A DNA stretch of 64,000 nt from IMG/VR virus record IMGVR_UViG_3300042352_000969, positions 1 to 64,000 of that record. The stretch is one strand, 5' to 3'. Position 1 is the first letter of the stretch. Every line of letters starts with the position of its first letter. Origin of the DNA: a virus (Duplodnaviria; Caudoviricetes). Under the pieces are notes generated by a model. The model saw nothing but the letters and a program-made list of their open reading frames with translations, was not told the origin of the DNA and did no database searches. Position numbers and translations under genes: made by a program. Positions 58,533 through 64,000 of this stretch are shown here, piece after piece.

Positions 58533-59109
58533 ATTTGGATCTTATATTTTTAGAAATGGAATTTAAAGCTGCGTTATGTATATTTATGCATCCTTGAATG
58601 CTTAAATTCATTGTTTTACTTATTTTCCTCCAAGGAATAAGCTTTTTATTACCAGAATAACGCATTGAAAATATCTTTTGTATTCGCTTGTCTGGGTGTT
58701 TAGATATGTGTTCGTTGAAATCTTTTAGTATCTGATCTTGAAGATTTATAGAAGTTTGTTCGTATTCGTCTTTTATACATTCAAAATCATAAGTGTTGTC
58801 GTTTAATTCTACATATTTTTTATTCTTGTTAGAAGCGTTTAGACATATCCATTTAGCTTCATTACCTAGAAATGTAGAAAACTTAGTGCCGCGATTCTCG
58901 TCGTACTTAAGAACGGAATTATAAATTGCGTATTCTTTGTCGTTTATTATTTCATGCCTCAATGAATCGTTGTTGCAGTTCTTGAGAAAAGAATTTACTA
59001 TGTCCAAGTAAATTCCCGAATGCCTGTCTATAAGTTCTTGTAGACATTCATTTATTTTATTCTTGTTTTTAATGTTGTTGATTAAATCTAAATCACTTAA
59101 AGTCTCCAT
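58504..59109 (-). CDS. Phage-encoded sigma-70-family RNA polymerase sigma factor
   Basis: LQELIDRHSGIYLDIV (region 2.1), KYDENRGTKFSTFL (region 2.3, cf. FDPxRGxKFSTYA), IFSMRY...PWRKISKTMNLSIQGCINIH (region 4 HTH). Confidence 0.85.
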   Translation of the reverse strand: METLSDLDLINNIKNKNKINECLQELIDRHSGIYLDIVNSFLKNCNNDSLRHEIINDKEYAIYNSVLKYDENRGTKFSTFLGNEAKWICLNASNKNKKYVELNDNTYDFECIKDEYEQTSINLQDQILKDFNEHISKHPDKRIQKIFSMRYSGNKKLIPWRKISKTMNLSIQGCINIHNAALNSISKNIRSKYEIISQRSN

Positions 59110-59680
59110 ATGTTGACCATCCTTTCTGATAGAATAACTTGCTTAGATGATAATTGCAAGTTTCTTTTTCATCGGTAAACGTTTTCCACTTGATTGTATA
59201 GTCTGAATTTCGTTTTACAATCGGATCGTTTAATCTTTCTTGAAAATTAGAAGGTTTTTGACCCATTCTACTAAGATGAATAATAAATCCGCCGTTCTCT
59301 TTTATCCATTTAGACTCATTTTCATAACGGACATCTGTGATAACGACTATGATTTTATTGTTTATAGAAGATTTTATCTGCTTTTCAACTTTCTTTATCC
59401 AATAATCAGGATCAATTTTTCTGCAAACGTCAGTTCCCCAGCAAACAAGAATTGGTCGAATAAGATCTTTTTCGGAATTGATTTCTGTAAAAGCTGAAAC
59501 ATTGAGTTTCTCTTTTAAGAATGGATCTAAGTCTCTTTTCAGTTCCATAGCGAAAGATATATTCATCGCTGGGAATCCAGATTTATTAAGTTTACTTATG
59601 AGATGTTTTCCAAGTGTGTCTTTGCCGCATCTTGCTACGCCAGCAATACCGAATATTAAAGGTAATTCTTTTGAAATCAT
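59093..59680 (-). CDS. Deoxynucleoside monophosphate kinase
   Basis: IFGIAGVARCGKDT P-loop, SFAMELK, RPILVCWGTDVCRKIDPDYWIKKV, VVITDVRYENE. Start placed at ATG 59680 (MISKELP). Confidence 0.88.
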   Translation of the reverse strand: MISKELPLIFGIAGVARCGKDTLGKHLISKLNKSGFPAMNISFAMELKRDLDPFLKEKLNVSAFTEINSEKDLIRPILVCWGTDVCRKIDPDYWIKKVEKQIKSSINNKIIVVITDVRYENESKWIKENGGFIIHLSRMGQKPSNFQERLNDPIVKRNSDYTIKWKTFTDEKETCNYHLSKLFYQKGWSTYGDFK

Positions 59681-59723
59681 TTTTTTTCTTCTTCGTATTA
59701 TAAATTTATGAGTTTTGTTCATT

Positions 59724-59853
59724 TCTCTTAGGTTTCGCTCTTTAGGTTTCGCTCTTTAGGTTAACCTAATTTTTTATTAAGATATTATTTAAGATTTTGT
59801 GTAAGATCTTCTTAAGATTAATTAAACTCTTTCGCTTCGCTTCAGAGTTTAAT
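59724..59853. repeat. Intergenic cluster of direct and inverted repeats (origin-like or regulatory)
   Basis: 2.5 copies of TTAGGTTTCGCTCT (59728-59762), palindrome TAGGTTAACCTA (59757-59768), four TAAGAT repeats, hairpin ATTAAACTCT-TTCGCTTCGCTTC-AGAGTTTAAT (59821-59853). Confidence 0.75.
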
Positions 59854-60154
59854 GAGGATTTTCTCCTTTGTCAAGGAAAAAATCCCTCAAAGATTCCAAA
59901 TCTTTTGCCAATTTAAAATAGCCAAGGTCATTTAAAATAGACGAAGTTTGAAAAATGGAAGTTTCTATTTCATGATTATTTATTAAATCGACACTTATCA
60001 AGAAAGAAAGATTGGTTTTTAACCCAAGTTTATTTAAGATTTTTTTTAAACCGTTTGTGGCGGCTTCTTCGAACGAGTTTGCCAGAATCATGCATTCTAT
60101 ATCGGCGCATATTACCAAGTAAAAATTGTCTTGAAATCCTAAAGTCCTAATCAT
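59849..60154 (-). CDS. Hypothetical protein (101 aa)
   Basis: ORF fills the intergenic gap; no recognisable motif. Confidence 0.5.
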   Translation of the reverse strand: MIRTLGFQDNFYLVICADIECMILANSFEEAATNGLKKILNKLGLKTNLSFLISVDLINNHEIETSIFQTSSILNDLGYFKLAKDLESLRDFFLDKGENPH

Positions 60155-60181
60155 AAGATTACTATACTAATTTAATAAAAC

Positions 60182-60922
60182 ATGTCAACAAAAAATTACA
60201 AAATTAGTTGTTTTTCTATCATATACGAAGCGGAAATTTTTATGCAAGGCTTGATAGATAATATTTTAGAACAAGAAGATTTTGAAAATATAGAGTTTAT
60301 TTTTATAAACCCAAAATCGCCAGACAAATCAAAAAACATATTGCTTCCATATTTAGAAAAATATATTAACTTTAAATTAATAGATCTAGATTTAGATCCT
60401 GGGCTTTACGAATGTTGGAATATAGGAGTGAAAGAAAGCTCTTCTGATATTATAACTAACTGGAATCCAGACGATAGAAGAACCGCAGATTCTATAAAAA
60501 GCCTAGCAAATACTTTAATTCTTTTGAATGATTACGATCTCGTTTACGGTTTGACGTTAATCACAAAAAATAAAAATGAAAAAACTCAAAATTGTGAATC
60601 TCAATCTATTTTTTCAGCAGAACCTTTTTCTATTAAAAATTTATTTTTTAACAACTCTCCTCATTGTATGCCCGTCTGGAGAAAAAAGATTCATGAAAAA
60701 TTTGGGTATTTTGATAATTCTTATGTTTCTGCTGGTGATGGAGACATGTGGTTAAGGGCGGCAATTAACGGTTCAAAGTTTTTCTTTTTAAAAAAGATAA
60801 TAGGAAGTTACTATGAATCAGACTCAACAGTTTCTAGGAATAAAGATAAATTACACTTTTTAGTAAATGAAGTGTATGAGATGAGATGCAAAAATTTAAA
60901 ACGCTTAATGAGACTAACATGA
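60182..60922 (+). CDS. Glycosyltransferase family 2-like
   Basis: ISCFSIIY, DPGLYECWNIGVK, ITNWNPDDRR, PHCMPVWRKKIHEKFGYFD, AGDGDMWLR. Confidence 0.85.
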   Translation: MSTKNYKISCFSIIYEAEIFMQGLIDNILEQEDFENIEFIFINPKSPDKSKNILLPYLEKYINFKLIDLDLDPGLYECWNIGVKESSSDIITNWNPDDRRTADSIKSLANTLILLNDYDLVYGLTLITKNKNEKTQNCESQSIFSAEPFSIKNLFFNNSPHCMPVWRKKIHEKFGYFDNSYVSAGDGDMWLRAAINGSKFFFLKKIIGSYYESDSTVSRNKDKLHFLVNEVYEMRCKNLKRLMRLT

Positions 60923-61581
60923 AAAAAATAATATCTTTCTGTGTATGGGGTAATAATCCAAAATATTGCATTGGTGCAATTAAAAATGCTATTTTAGCAA
61001 AACAAATATATCCTGATTGGATATGTAGATATCACTGTGACAAAAGCGTTCCAAAAGATATTATTGAAAAACTTAAAAATTTAGACAATGTAGAGATTTT
61101 AATGTTTGAAAATTGTAATAATTGGAAATTTACTACATCAAGATTATTTTCTTTAGACGATCCTAATATAGAATATATAATTTTTAGAGACACAGACTCT
61201 CGCCTTTCTTATAGAGAAAAGGCCGCAGTCGATGAATGGATACTTTCTGGTAAAAGCGCACACATTATGAAAGATCATCCGTGGCATGGAAGTTTTCCAA
61301 TACTTGCTGGAATGTTTGGCCTTAAATGCGGAATCGTAAAGAATATTGCGGATAAATTAAATAATTTTCAAATTAATGAACAGTATCATTACGATCAAAT
61401 ATTTATTAATAATGAAATTTATCCATTTATAAAAAACGACTGCGTGATTCATGATGAAATTTTTGAAAAAAAACCTTTTCCTACAAAAAGAGTGAATTAT
61501 GAATTTGTGGGAGAAGTCTTTGATGAAAACGAAAACACTGTTCATGAACACACTGAAGTTTTAAAAAAATATTATCAATGA
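60919..61581 (+). CDS. Conserved glycan-related protein, putative GT-A glycosyltransferase
   Basis: KKIISFCVWG..PKY..GAI, IFRDTDSR (DxD), HIMKDHPWH...ILAGMFG, YDQIF. Start set at ATG 60919 (ATGA overlap). Confidence 0.55.
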   Translation: MKKIISFCVWGNNPKYCIGAIKNAILAKQIYPDWICRYHCDKSVPKDIIEKLKNLDNVEILMFENCNNWKFTTSRLFSLDDPNIEYIIFRDTDSRLSYREKAAVDEWILSGKSAHIMKDHPWHGSFPILAGMFGLKCGIVKNIADKLNNFQINEQYHYDQIFINNEIYPFIKNDCVIHDEIFEKKPFPTKRVNYEFVGEVFDENENTVHEHTEVLKKYYQ

Positions 61582-61658
61582 AATACAATATTTTATTAAC
61601 CGGCTCTCAAGGAACCCTCGGAAAAAAAATTGCCAATAAAATAGTTACAACAATATAA
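61578..61658 (+). pseudogene. 5' remnant of an NAD-dependent epimerase/dehydratase
   Basis: MKYNILLTGSQGTLGKKIANKIVTTI* contains the Rossmann TGxxGxxG motif and has an ATGA overlap with the upstream stop; it is absent from the ORF track. Confidence 0.6.
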
Positions 61659-61663
61659 AATAT

Positions 61664-62311
61664 ATGCTACTAATTCATCATCATCTTGGTCTTGGAGATT
61701 ATTTTGTTTGCAATGGGTTAGTTAGATATATATATTTCAATATTAAAAAAGATATAACATTAGTTGTAAAAGAATGTAATCATGAAACAGTGAAGGCTCT
61801 ATATTCCGATATAGATTTAAAATACATGATTGTTAATACAGATTTTGATGTTAAACATGAAGGCTATTTTTATATTAGAATTGGTTTTGAAAATTGTAAC
61901 ATACAAGAATGGGAGAAATCGTTTTATAAACAAATAAAACTAGATTATTTAAATCGATATAAATATTCATTTTTTCCAAGAGACTATAAACGCGAAAAAG
62001 AATTAATTAATAAATTAAATATTAATGAGGATTATTGTTTTTGCAATACATCTTGCAGTGTCGGTGAATATGATATCAAGATAAACACAAACTATAAAAA
62101 AATATATTTACAAAAAATAACAAACAATCTATTAGACTGGATTGGAGTTATAGAAAACGCTAAAGAAATACATACTATAGATACTTCTGTATTTCAGATG
62201 ATAAAAAATTTAAATATCAAATGTAATAAATATTTTTATCCAATTCGTCAAAAAAATAACGATGGAACCCCTTTTACATTTGATGATCAAGACTGGAAAA
62301 TTTATGATTAA
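61664..62311 (+). CDS. Putative glycosyltransferase (HxGLGD-type)
   Basis: HHHLGLGDYFVCNGLVR start; WIGVIENAKEIHTIDTSV resembles the GT-B C-terminal motif. Confidence 0.45.
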   Translation: MLLIHHHLGLGDYFVCNGLVRYIYFNIKKDITLVVKECNHETVKALYSDIDLKYMIVNTDFDVKHEGYFYIRIGFENCNIQEWEKSFYKQIKLDYLNRYKYSFFPRDYKREKELINKLNINEDYCFCNTSCSVGEYDIKINTNYKKIYLQKITNNLLDWIGVIENAKEIHTIDTSVFQMIKNLNIKCNKYFYPIRQKNNDGTPFTFDDQDWKIYD

Positions 62312-63677
62312 AAAAAATATAATTTTTGATTTAGACGGTGTTTTAATTGATACTAAAATTATACATTACCATTCTTTGAATAAGGCTTTGTGTAAAATTT
62401 CACCTGAATATTATATATCTGAACAAGAGCATGTTTTAATTTATGACGGTCTTAGCACACATGCCAAACTTAAACTATTATCAAAAAATAAAGGATTGCC
62501 AGAAAAATATTTTAATGAAATTTGGCAAAATAAACAACAATTTACACTTGAAAGTATTGATCAGTTAAAAGAAGATCATGAACTAGAAAAGATTTTTCAA
62601 TATTTAAAAGATAACGAATTTTCAATCATTTGCTGCTCTAATAGTATTAAAAAAACAATTTATACTATCTTGTGTAAATTAGATATTTTAAAGTATTTTG
62701 ATTTAATATTATCCAACGAAGATGTCACAAATCCAAAACCCCATCCAGAAATATATTGGAAAGCAGCTTCGCAATTATCAGCAGATCCAAGCGAATGTCT
62801 AATTATAGAAGATTCACCAAAAGGTTTAACGGCAGCTCAAAAAAGCGGTTTTGATGTTCTAAGAGTAAAAAATAGAAACGATTTAACTCTAAATAAAATT
62901 ATGGAATTCGCTCATAAAAATATAAAAACATTTAACACTACTTGGCAGGATAAAAACTTGAATATTCTTATTCCAATGGCAGGAGCTGGAAGCAGATTTG
63001 AAAAAGCTGGATATACATTTCCTAAACCATTAATAGATGTCAATGGAAAACCTATGATTCAGGTAGTGATAAATAATCTAGGTTTTGAAAGCCCACATAT
63101 CTTTATTGTTCAGAAATCGCATAGAGAAAAATATAATTTAGATTCAATGTTATCAATTATTTCTAATAATTGTGACATTATTGAAGTTGACGGAATAACC
63201 GATGGCGCTGCATCTACAACTTTATTAGCAAAACATTTAATTAATAATGACAATCCATTAATTATAGCTAATTCTGATCAATATATAGAATGGAACACTA
63301 GTGAATTTATGTATAAAATGCAAGAGCAAGATTTAGATGCTGGCATTTTAACTTTTAAATCTACTCATCCAAAATGGTCTTTCGTCAAAATAGATGAAAA
63401 TCACTTTGTCACAGAAGTTGCAGAAAAAAACCCTATTTCAGACATTGCAACAGTTGGTATTTATTTTTGGAAAAAAGGATCTGATTATGTTAAATATGCA
63501 GAACAAATGATTAAAAATAACACTAAATATAATAATGAATTTTATGTATGTCCAGTATTTAATGAAGCAATTAAAGATGGAAAGAAAATTAAAACTTTTG
63601 ACATAGAAAAAATGTGGGGTTTAGGCACACCTGAAGATTTGTCAATTTTTCTAAATAATAATAAAAATAAATCATGA
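62304..63677 (+). CDS. HAD-family phosphatase fused to a sugar-phosphate nucleotidyltransferase-like domain
   Basis: IIFDLDGVLIDT, KPHPEIY, IIEDSPKG (HAD motifs); NILIPMAGAGSRF...PKPLIDVNGKPMI, LIIANSDQ, MWGLGTPEDL. Start set at ATG 62304. Confidence 0.85.
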   Translation: MIKKNIIFDLDGVLIDTKIIHYHSLNKALCKISPEYYISEQEHVLIYDGLSTHAKLKLLSKNKGLPEKYFNEIWQNKQQFTLESIDQLKEDHELEKIFQYLKDNEFSIICCSNSIKKTIYTILCKLDILKYFDLILSNEDVTNPKPHPEIYWKAASQLSADPSECLIIEDSPKGLTAAQKSGFDVLRVKNRNDLTLNKIMEFAHKNIKTFNTTWQDKNLNILIPMAGAGSRFEKAGYTFPKPLIDVNGKPMIQVVINNLGFESPHIFIVQKSHREKYNLDSMLSIISNNCDIIEVDGITDGAASTTLLAKHLINNDNPLIIANSDQYIEWNTSEFMYKMQEQDLDAGILTFKSTHPKWSFVKIDENHFVTEVAEKNPISDIATVGIYFWKKGSDYVKYAEQMIKNNTKYNNEFYVCPVFNEAIKDGKKIKTFDIEKMWGLGTPEDLSIFLNNNKNKS

Positions 63678-64000
63678 ATATCGTTATACCAATGGCTGGA
63701 CTCGGAACCAGATTTTCACAAGAGGGTTTCGTATTGCCAAAACCATTAATTGAAATTAATGGAAAAACTCTCATAGAACATTCAATTGAAAGTTTAAATA
63801 TAAAAGGTAAATATATTTTTATAACAAGAAATTATGAAAATAAAGATCATAATTTACTTTTGTCAAATAAATTAAAATCTCTAGTTCCAGATTGCGAAGA
63901 AATAAAAATAGATCATGTTACAAGCGGCGCTTCAGAAACTTGTCTTTTCGCTAAAAAATTTATAAATAATAATGAACCATTAATTATTACAAATTGCGAT
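63674..64000 (+). CDS. Second nucleotidyltransferase-like protein, 3'-truncated
   Basis: MNIVIPMAGLGTRFSQEGFVLPKPLIEINGKTLIEHS...PLIITNCD; ATGA overlap with the upstream stop; absent from the ORF track. Confidence 0.85.
   Translation, partial: MNIVIPMAGLGTRFSQEGFVLPKPLIEINGKTLIEHSIESLNIKGKYIFITRNYENKDHNLLLSNKLKSLVPDCEEIKIDHVTSGASETCLFAKKFINNNEPLIITNCD

Noticed and set aside
1-64000. Alternative genetic code (stop-codon reassignment)
   Set aside because: Standard-code ORFs tile the window densely with intact conserved motifs; TAA and TGA both terminate genes at sensible places, and I saw no gene fragmented at TAG.
1-64000. tRNA/rRNA genes, introns, inteins, integrase
   Set aside because: No recognisable signatures by eye and little intergenic space; tRNAscan-SE or Infernal would be needed to exclude small RNAs formally.

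Overview
A 64-kb segment of a large, visibly AT-rich tailed dsDNA bacteriophage, apparently non-contractile (siphovirus-like) with a lambda-type gpM/L/K/I/J tail tip. It covers most of the tail morphogenesis region: three very large fibre genes (3..8537 partial, 8570..16225, 49786..54810), a 2719-aa tape measure protein, tail tube protein(s), chaperones and probable neck proteins. Interleaved are about 12 glycan-modification genes (glycosyltransferases, FkbM methyltransferase, sulfotransferase plus APS kinase, HAD/nucleotidyltransferases). Near the right end are a phage sigma factor, a dNMP kinase and Hsp20. I saw no tRNA, rRNA, CRISPR array, integrase, reverse transcriptase or intein. The most notable signals are: (1) the tape measure protein carries a stack of cassettes bracketed by a repeated GFIPNFA motif, two with PD-(D/E)xK nuclease-like motifs and one with a GNAT acetyl-CoA-binding motif, suggesting injected, swappable effectors; (2) proline-free Gly-Thr-Ser/Gly-Ser-Ser collagen-like stalks beside a GT25 gene and a glycosylation/sulfation toolkit; (3) a recurrent GTGTAA motif 8-9 nt before start codons, alongside a phage sigma factor; (4) a perfect sigma-54 promoter before hsp20. 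All functional calls come from motif recognition by eye; no database searches were run.
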